A stretch of DNA of 64,000 nt from Phallusia mammillata. Its lineage: Eukaryota. Below the pieces are notes generated by a model. That model worked only from the letters and a program-made list of their open reading frames with translations, was not told the origin of the DNA and did not search any database. The position numbers were made by a program, and so were the translations under genes. Each line of letters begins with the position of its first letter. Positions within the stretch are counted from its first letter, which is position 1. Positions 26,670 through 39,433 of the stretch are shown in pieces. The stretch is from assembly GCA_965637545.1 (NCBI GenBank), contig OZ281495.1, positions 14,198,001-14,262,000 on the forward strand, written 5' to 3'.

Positions 26670-28155
26670 CCTTCCCTTATTTGAAACCCAATGCTACCAA
26701 ATGTTTCATTATAACTGTAATGCAAAAAAGTTAGTAGATAATAAATCCATAGTGTGTTCGTGCTGTAACTGACCTCATAGTCAAAGGTGAACATTTTTCT
26801 TTAAGATAAAAATTTTCAAACAAAATGACACAGTATGGCAGGCCCATTAAGAACAGTATGTTCATCAAACAAAATGAAAGCAAATAACTAATAAGAGTAA
26901 AAGAGATGACAAGTTAAGATAAGAATTAAGAACACAGACTAAAATAGCTGCTTTCTGCAAATTTCTTTCGGTCATGGGACATAGTTATTTCGTAGGCGTG
27001 CAATCGAGCAGAAATCGTTGGTGCACTTGGTATTTCCAATGATTGAGGCGTTGAAACGAATAATAACAATTTTTAAGTAAGTAACGTAGAGCTGCTAGGC
27101 TGCAACTCATCCAGATTAAAAATGCGACATTTCTCAATGTTCTTATAGTGCTCTTCAACCTCTTTTGCATGGTTTCGCGAACCATTTAAAGTGTTGTGAC
27201 GAACTCATATACCCTGTTTACTTAATAGGTAAACTGAGTTAAAATGCGATATGAAAAATCATTATGCATATCATCATCTTAATAAAACCAAAACAAGAAT
27301 CAAATTAGATACCAACATTTTTAAAAAATACAGAGGTTCATTTATACATCAGTTAAAACCAACATATTTTTTCCAATATCCTGAAAGTCAAATATTAATA
27401 GTTTATTAAAAGTTTGTGATGCACCCTACTATATTTTTTTGTACTGGTGCACCCCATGCATATTTTGTATTTTTTCGTGATAACCGGTTGAAGAGCACTG
27501 TTATAGCATATCGGAAACATATAGCGGAATATTCATTAATATTATGACATATTTACACAAATATTCGATGTGCGATCGTCATAAACGTCTTTTTCTCAAC
27601 TTGACATTTACACATATCATGCATAACACCACCAACTTAGAAAATGAAATATATGATAATTTCGAAAATCGACTCTACGTTTGATGTGTTGTGGTAATAT
27701 CATTTACCGCATTAACTTAAATTTTACATGTTTTTATCGGTACATACATATCTTCAAAATGAAATATTGCACGATTTTCTAGCAATTCGGGCTTATTACA
27801 AATTACGCTATCAAAGATTTATAACGAAACTCACCCAAAATTAGTCGAAGTGCGCTGGCCTTATATAAATATTACCGCATTAACTTAAATTTTACATATT
27901 TTGTAGCCTACTTTACGTACATGTCTTCAAAATGAGCTATTGCTCGATGAAATCGGTTCTGGCAGATAACACAAGAAAATTTATAACTAAAGTCGAAAAT
28001 CAACCTAAAAACTTAAAACAACATGCATATTCACACAACCATGAACTATTGAGACAAGTATACATTGTTTATAGGGGGCTGGTATTTCTTATAAAGTTGC
28101 ATCGAGTGCAGAAGGATAACCATTTTGGGGTAAGCCTATACAGTTTAGGGCAGTG

Positions 28156-29486
28156 GTTCTCAAGCGGCTTCAAACCACTGTTTAGAAACTCCGTTGATTA
28201 GTTGTCAACACTGCAGGTAATCTTAAGTCTTTATTTTTGAAACTTAGTTTTAAACTGTTTCAATCTGTAGCATTCTTGGTGTTAAAAACTTTTTTGTTTT
28301 GTTTGCAGTTTTACATCCGCTTTCTTCTTATTGTTTTTCATCGCATTTGTTGGATTTTTCGTGGTCATCTCAAATATTTTTGTTATTGCAATAGTTTGCA
28401 AAACAAAACCCTCCGACAGAAGAAAACTGGACTACGTCAAGGCCTCATTGGCTGTGTCCGATGTCATTAACGGTTGGTTGGACACTTTTTTATCACATTG
28501 CAATTGCTTTATTAAACCACCGATCCGAGAATTCATGTGGATTGACATTACTAATGTTGAAGATAATCAACATTAAAACCAATTGACACTTGCTTTTTCT
28601 GTATTTACAGGGTTGTGTGCACTGTTTGTGACTCTCCGGTACGGAGTAATTTTTTTGTATTCGTCGGTTTCCGAAATGCTGGAAATCGAGGTTCAATCAA
28701 AAGGGAGTATCGCGGCAACCATTTTTGGATTTGCTAACTATACAGCATACTCAGTGTGCAACTACCACTTGCTGTACATGAGCATACAAAGATTTGCTGC
28801 TGTTAATTATCCTTTCAAGTATAAAGCACTGCCTGTCCGGTCCGTGTATATTCATATCATTTTTGTCTGGTGTTTTTCAATAGCGTGGGGCCTTTCACCG
28901 CGTGCGTTATGATTGCATATTAGGGATAATAGCTCATATTTAATTTGCTTTGGTTTACACAGTGTACATGTACGATGACGCGGAATTTCAAATGTTGGGC
29001 TTCGCTTTTCAATACTATCCACATGGTACGTTAGCGAAAGAGACAAGACTTTTAGATGAACTTTTGTTTTTGGCGTTTTATTTTATCCCTTTCGCGTTGG
29101 TGGTAAGTTTTTCTGTTTATCTTCGTCTATATTTGACTCTAATACACACAACATTCTTCAGGCAACACTGACCAGCATAACGGCTCGACCAGTTTTACTT
29201 GTAACCGTTTTGACCAGCGTGGGTTTGGTATCTTGTGAGCTTGTTTCTACGTCGTATTTTATCTGTTACACTCTTCTTGTTTCCTCCGGGTAAGTGCGAC
29301 CTTAGAATTGACTTTCCTTATAACATCGTTTACTATTATAATCCTTGCTTACTGGTTTGCAGTTTGATAAACGTGATGGTGTACAGCGCTTATGATGACT
29401 TGTTTCAAAAGAATATGAAGAAATTTTGGAACAAAAAAGAATCGCAAAAACTTTCAAGATCAAGTATCACAACAGTTACCCATTGA
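28156..29486 (+). pseudogene. GPCR alpha-1: start codon deleted and internal in-frame deletion of ICL3/TM6a
   Basis: Versus alpha-3/alpha-4, about 239 bp including the ATG is lost between GTTCT microhomologies; 229 bp (43 codons plus an intron) is lost at GCTCGA|CCAGTT (29188). Confidence 0.8.
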
Positions 29487-29600
29487 GTTTTTTTCATCTT
29501 GATTTTGTTTGCCCGGCTAAATAAAAGTTTGTACATACAATATACTTTAATTCTACACGTGTTATTTAAAAGAGTTGGATAGCTGGTACATCATCTAAGT

Positions 29601-29993
29601 CAGTGACTCTCAACCTTTTTTACTTTGCGACCCCCTTTAGAGGTTATCTTACACTATACGCGACCCTTTCAGGAACACATAATGAAGTTTTACCATTTAC
29701 TACCAGAATGTGATCATTATACATTTACTATCAAATGTCATCTGAACAGTTTGGCTGTTTGTTCTGCAGCAAACCTTTACAATGAGGTCATATAGCTTAC
29801 GTCACCATAACTTTTTCACTTTTTCCTGATTTTTGTGTCAATTAAAAGCCAAAAATCAAATTCATGGAAGTTTGTAATTATGCCATTGTAAGTAACTGTC
29901 GTGTGAGTTACTATGCCAAAGAGAAGATACTGGGAAAGGTTTTTGTCATAAGGATAAAATCATCCTGAGCTGACCCCAGGTTGAGCAACACTG
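29601..29993. mobile_element. Older hAT-type MITE downstream of alpha-1
   Basis: TIR CAGTGACTCTCAACC...GGTTGAGCAACACTG; decayed TSD atctaagt/atcgacgt; 5' end also retained at the equivalent site after alpha-3 (about 36812). Confidence 0.7.
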
Positions 29994-30331
29994 ATCGACG
30001 TATTGCATGAGAACATTTACAATCAAAAAAATTAAGAAAAAAAGACAATTAAAACGTGAAAAAATGACCGTTGAAACAAAACCATTTATTTAAACATGCC
30101 TCTTTAAACAACCAATACAAAGTACATGAGATGGTTTTGTTCATAATAGCCCATTAAGTGTACTTCCAACAAATAATATAAAAGTCGATGGTGCTTGATA
30201 AACTGATATTGTAAATAACCATCGCATTGACGAGAAAATAAAACTTAACAGTTAATCGGCTACAGAAATGGCATAATGCTGAATTCCTTTTTTTGACAAC
30301 AAATCTTTAAATGAGGTACACAATTCACGGT

Positions 30332-30719
30332 TTTAAAGATTCTAACCAGAAACAAACAAGCCAATATATTTGCATAAAGCATGACGTTTCCACAACCCCG
30401 AGGTACTGGCTTCGTCAAAAGATTTTACTCGCCTGCTGATTTTGGAATCGCTCAACATTCAGGAACACAGCCCCGAGCTAAATGTAGACCAAAATTCGAC
30501 CCCCTTATACCTTTTTAACACGTGACTTTTTATCGCCGTTATCTTTACGTTTTAACCTGCCTTTCGCGCTTGTGTTTATTGCCTTTTTTACTGCTTTTAC
30601 TGGTTTTACGCGCTGCTTGATTTTAGATTTATTCATTTGAGAATGACACAAGTTGATGTCGAAACGTCATGCTTTATGCAAATATATTGGCTTGTTTGTT
30701 TCTGGTTAAAATCTTTAAA
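30332..30719 (+). mobile_element. 5'-truncated Penelope-like retroelement: GIY-YIG C-terminus, 3' pLTR with variant hammerhead, inverted pLTR tail at 5' end
   Basis: About 30388-30525 reads FHNPEVLASSKDFTRLLILESLNIQEHSPELNVDQNSTPLYLFNT*, resembling Penelope endonuclease C-termini. 30634-30671 is CAT-TTGAGAAT-GACA-CAAGTTGA-TGTC-GAAACGTC-ATG. 30332-30390 is the reverse complement of 30661-30719 (1 mismatch). Confidence 0.8.
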
Positions 30720-31067
30720 TGGATCCACCAAAGTTTTTGTCAACAGCTTATGTATGTTTTATAGTGCGTGTATAGTGAACTTTTGGAAAATTGACTCAAA
30801 ATAAGTAAGCAATTAGAAGAAGGTCGTCAAAATTTCAGGCACCAGATTTACTTCATGCCATTTTACAAATACAAACGGCGATTAAAGTGCGTTTAGTCAT
30901 TACTGACAACTGTTACATACACTGAAATCTGGAACCTTCTGATTTATCGCTTCGTTCAACCAGTCAGGGTAGGCGACTTCGCCCTTTTTCCCAAACACCC
31001 ACATAACGGGACAAAGCAACAGTAGTGAAGCGTTGCAACAAGTTTCAATATGTAACCGGTGATATAT

Positions 31068-32680
31068 TCAAGCTTGACTTGTGCATGTGCATAATTTGTT
31101 CCAGTATTTCTTCACGTTGTTTTGAAATTGGTGGTCGAATGCACTGTATGCCACCACGTTTACCAAGCTGAGAAAAACAACAAAGGGTAAAAACGCCGAA
31201 ACACGTAGGCTATTTCTGTTTATCATACTTTACCCTGTGGATACTGAAAAACAGTAGCAGATGAAATATGACGATGAGATAAAATCACAAGGCACCAAGT
31301 TCAAACTGGTAAAGATGGACAAAGTTACCACGGGAACTGTGGAATGGAATTTACCAAAACTTTATGTGGTTATATACGTTTTTCATGTTCAAAACAAATA
31401 ACAGATTCTCTTTCGTTACTTTACCTATCCCCACAGATAAGCCAAGCACCATAAACGTTGTGACTTTCAGCAAATGTATCTCCTTGTTTAAAGTATTCTC
31501 TGTGTGAGCTTGCATTAAATCTCTAGACTTTCTACGAAGTTTCCAGACCATTTGAGCCGTTATGCAAGTCAATGTTGTCTGCAAATTTTGACGTATAGTC
31601 AGAGTCAAATATATATAGTTTAAGATTACATTCAAACTTACCACCAACACGTAGGGAATAAGGAAAAAGGCGATAAACACAAAAAATTGTAAAGGTCTCG
31701 ATTGTACAATATCAACGTATAATGAACCAAACGGAAGATATTGAAAAGCGATGCCCAAAACTTGAAATTTTAAGTCAGCGTAAATATAAGCTGCAAAAAA
31801 ACAAATTAGAAATCAGAAAAAATGAGCTGCTATCACTATAGTAACACGTATAACTTAAACTTACCCGGTGCTGAACTAAACACTATTGAAAAGCACCAGA
31901 CCAATACCAGGTGAAAATATACGGAGCGGACTGATTGTGCTTTATACTTGAAAGGATACTTAACAGCAGCAAACCTTTGCACGCTCATGTACAGTAGGTG
32001 GTAAATGGTTAATGTGTAGGTTGAGAAGTGCACAATTCCTCCAATGGTTGCTTCAACGGTACCTCGGGATTTGGTTTCAATTTCAAGCATCTCCAAAACC
32101 GACGAATGTAAAAATGTTGCCCCGTACCTCACAGTCACACACAGAACATCCAAACCTGGCAAAACAAAGGACAAGTTTTGTGTAAAAGACTTGTTGCTTA
32201 TTACTACCAATATCAGGTAACAAAATACACAAGGTCAGTATAATGGTATGTGTCCGAGGTTTTTTGATAACATACACCTCCTCTTAACCAAAGTAATTTT
32301 TAACCAACAAACCACTTATGATATCAGCCATAGCAAGTGAAGCTTTGACGTAGTCCAGCTTTCTTCTGTCACTTGGTTTTGTAATCAAAGTAACCACTAA
32401 GACCAACAAATTGGAGACGGCTACAGAAAATCCGAGAATTGTAAGACAAAACAGTAAGAAAAATGCCGACGTAAAACTGTAAAAAAAATATGAAAATAAA
32501 ACAAACCCGCAATAACTCACAAGGTAACAGTTAAGAAAGATGAGTAAAACCGATAGTATAAACTTACTTGCAGTATTGACAGTCGATGAGTGTGGTTTGA
32601 AGGCATTGATTCGAGGCTGAAAGAGAACAAAAAGCAGGTAGAGCACAAAACGTAGAAAAATTAACAGTCGAATTCTGCAT
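31068..32680 (-). CDS. Rhodopsin-like orphan GPCR beta-1, 7 exons, apparently intact
   Basis: Exons 32680-32568, 32476-32313, 32155-31865, 31790-31642, 31578-31425, about 31337-31235, about 31167-31068; MQNSTVNFSTFCALPAFCSLSASNQCLQTTLIDCQYC...VQRF...LVPCD...NVVAY. Confidence 0.82.
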
Positions 32681-33085
32681 TTCTTACGAGAGTTTTTACC
32701 GTCGCACAGCTAACTCATATATAACTCGTGTATAACAGGCAAGAACTACACCTCAAGAAAACCGATTAAGTCCCAGTTTTGGGGAAGATTAAATAGACAA
32801 TGGTTAATAAAAAGAACTGCCTATTTTTGCCCTTTGTTAGGAAACAAAAAGATATCAATAATTTATCAGTTATTCAGTTTTAACAGTCTTAGTTTTGTGT
32901 AACGGTTGTCCGGACGAAGCCTAAATTGCTGTTAGCGCTTACGAACAAACACAAAACAAATCTAGTGCCTCAACTTTTGATGAACTTGCGATCGCTCTAT
33001 CATTTATAGTGTCAATTTTTGAACGTCGCTAACAAGCATCAAAACATAGATACGCTGATGACGCAAACTTTGATGGATCCGTTTA

Positions 33086-33732
33086 AAGACTTCTTTTCAT
33101 GCTCATGTACAGCAAGTGGTAGGTGCACACTGAATAGGCTGTATAGTTCACAACCCCTAAAATGGTTGTCCCGATACTCCCTCTTGTTTGAAATTCGATT
33201 TCCAGCATTTCGGAAACCAACGAATACAAAAAGATTACTCCGTACCGGAGAGTTACAAACAGGGCATCCAAGCCTGGCAATTACAGAACAAACGTGTGAA
33301 TTAGTTTAAATGTTCATTATCTTTAACATAGTTAATGTCAATGCATTTAAATAAATATGTTTGACTAACCGTTGATAACATCTGCTATAGCCAATGAAGC
33401 CCTAGCGTAGTCCAGTTTTCTTCTTTCACATGGTTTTGTTGTACAAACTATTACAATCACCAACAGATTTGAGATGACCACGGAAAATCCAACAAATGCG
33501 ATGGAAACAAAAAGAAGAAGGCGGATGAAATACTGCAAACATACAAAAAAAATTATTTGACATTAAAGTGTTAACAAAATAAAACTAAGATTAAAGAATA
33601 AAAACTTCAATAAGGTTACCTGCAGTGTTGACAGCTAATCAACGGAGTTTCTAAACACTGATTTGAAGCCGCTTGAAAACAGTAGGCAGGCAAAGCACAT
33701 GTGAAAGTAATATTACCAGTTGAGTTGTCCAT
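33086..33732 (-). pseudogene. GPCR alpha-2: frameshifted and truncated at end of TM3
   Basis: ATG 33732; 1-bp loss in exon 2 (TTTCCATC vs TTTTTCATC); homology stops after ...YMSM and joins the beta-1 upstream region. Confidence 0.82.
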
Positions 33733-33821
33733 AGCTTATGTTTTTACTGAGTCACAAATCAAACCTTTACACCCTGTCACGTCAAAAATGGAATGACGAG
33801 GAACAATGTAAGCCTCAAACT

Positions 33822-34840
33822 CAGTGGCGGCTCGTGCCTAAAATTTCTGGGGGTGCTGGTCCGAATTTTAGTCTTTATTGAACATGTATAAGTTGGCTAC
33901 ATATAGAAAAGCCACATTTCTAGTTTTCTAGCCATTATTTTGTGCAGAAAAAAGTGATACAAATCCTAATTAGCAACTCCATTGTGACGTAATTTTCGTT
34001 ACGCAATAATGTACACGAGTGTAAATAGTAGATGGTATAATTTGTGTAGTTTGTTTACTTGCACAGCGAACTCAATAACATGCGGGAAACGGATTTACTT
34101 GCACAGCGAACTCAATAACATGCGGAAACGGACCGAACTCAATAACATGCGGGAATAATGTGGCACAAAAACACACGTGACATAATCTCGAAACGAAGCG
34201 GTTGTAAATACGTTAAAACACAACAACAAAATCTAGAAAAAAATGGTCGCTATTTATATTCGTGCAATATATTTTATCGAATGCTTTACATGTTAAGTGC
34301 TCAACGTTGCTACCGTTGCAGCAATGAACTCCAAAAAGCAATGAAATGATCGCTATTTTATATTCGTGCAAACGTGCCGACTTAGATAAGGTATGGGCGA
34401 TTATTTGTGAAATGTCAGTGTATATCATGTTCGCACGCTCATGTTTCCACATTATACGTTTAGTTGAGTGGCAAACTGCAAATTCGTGAAAAGATGAATG
34501 TGAATTAATTAAATTTAAATTTGGATGTTAAACAAGGGGTGCAAACAAAAACTGGAAGGTTCAGAATTGAAAATCTTTTACGCTATTGACAGCCTAAAAA
34601 ACAAGGGCTCAAGCAAATGCCGTGCCTGGCATATTTTCGCGGCATGAGTTAAGCACATTGGCAGCGATTAATATGCATACACATTGACGTTGACCACAGA
34701 AGTTTTGCAGCAGCATGGAAATTGGTGCGGTTTCTGCGACCAGAAACAGCTCGTATTCAACTCTAACTATCAGAGTAGAGAGTTGTGATTGTGTACAGAT
34801 TGTTTTGGACTGGGTTTCGTTGCATCGCAGGTACAAGGTT
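33822..34840. mobile_element. Non-autonomous interspersed repeat starting CAGTGGCGGCTCGTG, with an internal 40-bp tandem repeat (34054-34155)
   Basis: Same 5' end at about 36837; internal segments recur at 37860-38050 and 58295-59310. No matching 3' TIR or TSD found. Confidence 0.6.
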
Positions 34841-35072
34841 AACCATTTTGGGGTTTGCCTATATAGTGTATTGCAGCGTGGTTTTTGACTCTTAACCTGC
34901 TTTTGATTGAATTCCGGGTGTTTGACGCACTGGGCTTCGTCAAGTGACTTAGTTACAAATTGGATTTGAATAAAATTAATTGAACGACGAGTGTAAGTTT
35001 ATAAACAACGCGTGTATTTTGACGAGCTATCGTGTAAACGTAGGATTTGTAACAGAGTGAAAAACAAAGACT

Positions 35073-36658
35073 ATGGATAACTCAACTGGTAATATTACTC
35101 TCGCATGTGCTTTGCCTGCCTACTGTTCTCAAGCGGCTTCGAACCACTGTTTAGAAACTCCTTTGATTAGCTGTCAACACTGCAGGTAACCTTAAGCCTC
35201 TATTTTTGGATCTTACTTTTAAACTGTTTCAATCTGTATCATCTTTGGAGTCAAAAACATTTTTGCTTGTTTGTTTGCAGTTTTACATCCGCCTTCTTCT
35301 TATTGTTTTTCATCCCATTTGTTGGATTTTCCGTGGTCATCTCAAATCTTTTGGTTATTGCAATAGTTTGTAAAGCAAAACCCTCCGACAGAAGAAAAGT
35401 GGACTACGTCAAGGCTTCATTGGCTGTGTCAGATGTCATTAACGGTTGGTCGGAAATTTATTTGTCACATTGCAATTGCTTTACTAAACCACCAATCCTA
35501 GAAGTTAAGTAGATTGACGTTACCAATGTTTTGGATAATCAGCATTGAAACTACTTGACATGTTTATTCTGTAATTGCCAGGCTTGGATGCCCTGTTTGT
35601 GACTTTCCGGTACGGAGTAATCTTTTTGTATTCGTCGGTTTCCGAAATGCTGGAAATCGAAGTTCAATCAAAAGGGAGTATCGAGGCAACCATTTTGGGG
35701 GTTGTGAACTATACAGCATACTCAGTGTGCAACTACCACTTGCTGTACATGAGCATGCAAAGATTTGCTGCTGTCAATTATCCATTCAAGTATAATGCAC
35801 TGCCTGTCCGGTCCGTGTATATTCATCTTATATTTGTCTGGTGCTTTTCAATAGCGTGGGGACTTTCACCGGGTGCGTTATGATTGCAAATTAGGGATAA
35901 TACTTATATTTATTTTGATTTGTTTTTTACAGTGTACTTCTACAATGACTCAGAATTTCAAATGTTCGGCATCGCTTTTCAATTTCTACCACAGGGTACG
36001 TTAGAGACAGATCTTTCACAAACAAGAACTTTAGAAGATTTTGTGTTTGTGGCTTTTTATTTTGTCCCATTTGTGTTGGTGGTAAGTTTTTCTGTGTAAC
36101 TTTGTCTATATTTGAGTCTAATACACACAACATTCTTCAGGCAACACTGACCTGCATAACATCTCGAGTTGCTTGGAATCAACGCAAAAACTTTAGGCAC
36201 ATAAGACAGCTTAACACGGTGTCCAATTTTAAAAAAGAAATGCATTTGTTGAAAATGACAGCCTTCATGGTACTTGGTTGTTCTGTGGGAATCGGTAAAT
36301 ATAAAAAATCCTTTTTATTTTCCTACTGCTCTTCCTCCGGTGTTAAATTCACCAAGCTAAACTATTTAACGCTACAATCTACAACTTTTTGCAGTACCAG
36401 TTTTACTTGTAACCGTTTTGACCAGTGTGGGTTTGGTACCTTGTGAGCTTGTCTCTCCGTCCTATTTTATCTGTTACACTCTTCTTGTTTCCTCAGGGTA
36501 AGTGCAATCTTAGAATTGAGATTCCTCATAACATCGTTTACTATTATAATCAATGTTTACTGGTTTGCAGTTTGATAAACGTGATGGTGTACAGCGCTTA
36601 TGATGAATCGTTTCAAAACAGTGTGAAGAAAATGTGGAACAAAAAAGAATCGCAGTGA
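35073..36658 (+). CDS. Rhodopsin-like orphan GPCR alpha-3, 7 exons, 353 aa, the only intact alpha copy
   Basis: Exons 35073-35185, 35281-35444, 35582-35872, 35933-36081, 36141-36294, 36395-36497, 36571-36658 total 1062 nt, all GT-AG and in frame. Confidence 0.87.
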
Positions 36659-37402
36659 CTTTCGAAATCAAGTAGCACAACAATTAGCCCTGACGTTTTT
36701 TTCGTCTTGATTTTGTTTGCCCATCTACTATAAATAAAAGTGTGTACATACAATATACTTTATTTCTATGTGTGTTATTTGCAAGAGTTTGACAGTTGAT
36801 ACACCATCTCAGTCAGTGGCTCATCAAACCGTTTTTCAGTGGCGGCTCGTGCCAAGAAATACTGGGCGTGCTGGTCCTAATTTTCAGCCTTTGTAGAACA
36901 TAAAAACTACCAATATATAGAAAAGCCACCTTGCCAGAATCCTTTCACAATAGCCTTCACATCACTGTTGGAAATTTGTCACATGTGGACTTGAAATAAA
37001 AATAAACTTTCACTTGTTCTCTAGTTGTGTGTGGTATTTGGTCCAAGCTGGTTATTTGAGGAAACCCACTTTGGGTCACTGTAACTCAGAGCTGCTACCT
37101 ACATTTTCTCTCAAGCTCACAGCACAGGTGAATTTGTCATTCCTATCATAAACCTCTGTGTACAAGTAGTTATACAGAAAAAAAACAAGAAGCTATTGCA
37201 CAAAAATACAACGCACCTTAAAATTAAATCCTCTTTGTTGCCAGTTGATTTGGCACATCTTCTATTTAACTCAGATTTTAATCAGTGTGTTGGCCATTTA
37301 GAATATTCCATTTTTACTTGATTTATGTTGGCAAATAGCAGTGTTTTTTGGTAAAAATATGACGGAGTGGAGTTGTGTTGATGAAGTAATGCGAAATTTA
37401 GG

Positions 37403-37728
37403 GGTAGAGCTACTAACACCATACGTTTCTCCTGATCCAAAAGTGCTTAATTTTCGATAAGTGGCGTAAAGAGCTGAATTATTTATTTAGCGGCTATAAA
37501 TGGGTTGGGCTGGGAAATATTTACATAAAATTTTTACATTAGTAACTAATTTTTTGGGTTAGTTTTATTGAATTTTAAGTGCTAACACCTTACCCCAACC
37601 CTAATAGCCCTAACCGTTAGCATTTTTTGAGATATACCGTTTTAAATGAAAAAAGTGCTCTTTGCGCCACCTGTCGAAAATTAAGCACTTTTGGATCAGG
37701 AGAAACGTATGGTGTTAGTAGCTCTACC
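37403..37728. mobile_element. Mutator-like (MULE) / foldback MITE with long TIRs
   Basis: 72-bp TIRs (first 55 bp perfect, GGTAGAGCTACTAACACCATACG...) and perfect 9-bp TSD aaatttagg (37394-37402, 37729-37737). Confidence 0.9.
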
Positions 37729-39433
37729 AAATTTAGGCGTCTAAATTTGCGCGCGTTTGTGCCGTTATGACAACCATAACTGTTGCGTGGTGACACCACG
37801 CGGAAATTTGTGACCCTTAACTGCCCCATTGTTATTCCGGAAAAACAAAGAATACAAATATGAACTAGCAACTCAATCCATTGTGACGTTATTTCGTCAC
37901 GCATTAATCAACATGAGTATAAACAAGAGACAGAAGGTATGATTTGTGTATTTTGTGCACGGCGATGGACCACATTTGACAACACGAAGTGATAATGTAG
38001 CACGAAAACACACGCGACACAGGCTCGAAACGTATCGGTTGTAAATACGCGAAACAAAAATAATGAAAAAAATAACATTGATCGAAAGAGAAAAAAGGAG
38101 CAAGGTTGTAACAATATATCCACTGACTAACACACTTTCCATTCAGCCATTAATATGGTCATGTTTTATTTGAGTAAGTTATAATCACAGTTGACATTTC
38201 AAAAAATACTAAAACAGTGTACAGATTAGCCACACTCAAAATTGGCCATAGATTTTTAATTGAATAATAACTGACAAATTTCACAACCACATATTTTCCT
38301 TAGCACTTGTTGATTGAAACATCCTTACTGCATTCATGAAGTTTTGTATGTAAACTTTCAGTTTCACAACTTATACTTGCTGCTTCATTTTGTGAGAAAT
38401 AGCTTAAACCTAGGTTAAAATATAACTGTTACAACTTAAAACATTTTAAAAAAACACTCTATTTTACACAACAAAACTCCATATCTCCAAATTCACAACA
38501 CTATCACCTAACTCTAAACCACACTATTAAACCTGGCTTGCCTTTTTAACTAAAATGTATCATGGAGTTATAGTTTAGGCAAAATAATTAATTACTTTCT
38601 TCTTGATCATCTAATGATGACTAAAAAACTGTTTTTCTATTGTAAGCACTGCAGGTGCAAGTCTTTTGAGTTCATTGTGTTATTTAAAAAGTCTGTATCC
38701 TTCTTGTTGTTTATCATTTCAGTGACCAGCTTTTCTTTGGCAAAAGTAGGATATATGCTTTCATTGGTATCTCTTCTGTAGGATATGTTCATTCTTAATC
38801 TTAAGACTAGTAAACCATTTCCTGTGAAACGATTTAGCAGCTACTAGGTGTTTATTGAGAGAGTTCTTTAGCTTCATCCATTAATGTTCTGGGATTTGTT
38901 ACATTTTTTGACACAAACGGTTCAAACACTCCAATTTCCTAGAAGTTGCATTTGATTGTAAACATTTTCCATTATGAACGCATACAGTGAGCTAATAATG
39001 TTGTAGTCCGCTACATAGACGATAGCTATGGCAGTACTAAATGCTGGGTATATCGACGCTAAAAAAAACTAAAGGAGAAGAGCTCGCAACTGCTGGAGTG
39101 CAGGATGCTTGTACATTTTTAGTTTACGCAACAACCAAAACAAAAGTTACAGACACACCAGAACTTGGTAGCCTATTTGGCTTCAGTAAAGCAATATTTG
39201 CTTCAACATAAATAGGAAGAAAACTTTAGGCAAAGAACTCCCCGAAAAAGGTCTTCCTCCTGTTCGGAACACTCTTCTTTTTCATGGCTTCCCAAACTAG
39301 CATTGTTATTTAAGATAATGACTGGTTAGGTCTTTTGTCTGCATTGCAAGTTCCCAATTCAATTCAAGTACCCGACAAGCATGACTAGTCTAAAACCAGC
39401 GCACAATATGCGACATTTCTGAATCTTCTAGCA

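Larger units (their letters stand above)
27500..33820. repeat. Segmental duplication block 1 (alpha+/beta-/alpha-), direct repeat of 40500-46135
   Basis: Both blocks start TAGCATATCGGAAA after a MITE 3' TIR, carry the same gene order and orientation, and end ...GGAACAAT.TA.GCCTCAAAC. Confidence 0.85.

Noticed and set aside
26985-27185. 66-aa ORF upstream of mrps18c
   Set aside because: No recognisable motif or splice context; cannot be supported as a gene.
29235-29486. ORFs reading ...PGKCDLRIDFPYNIVYYYNPCLLVC... (also 36425-36658, 44442-44693) as an extra GPCR segment
   Set aside because: These read through the short last GT-AG intron; the true frame upstream is VLTSVGLV(P/S)CELV.
30890-31067. 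Open frame in the beta-1 3' flank (..HYCCFVPLCGCLGKKGEVAYPDWLNEAINQ..)
   Set aside because: Out of frame with the spliced CDS and not preserved in beta-2; treated as 3' UTR.
34054-34155. Repeat-like array considered as CRISPR
   Set aside because: Head-to-tail tandem copies without unique spacers, in a eukaryotic context with no cas genes.
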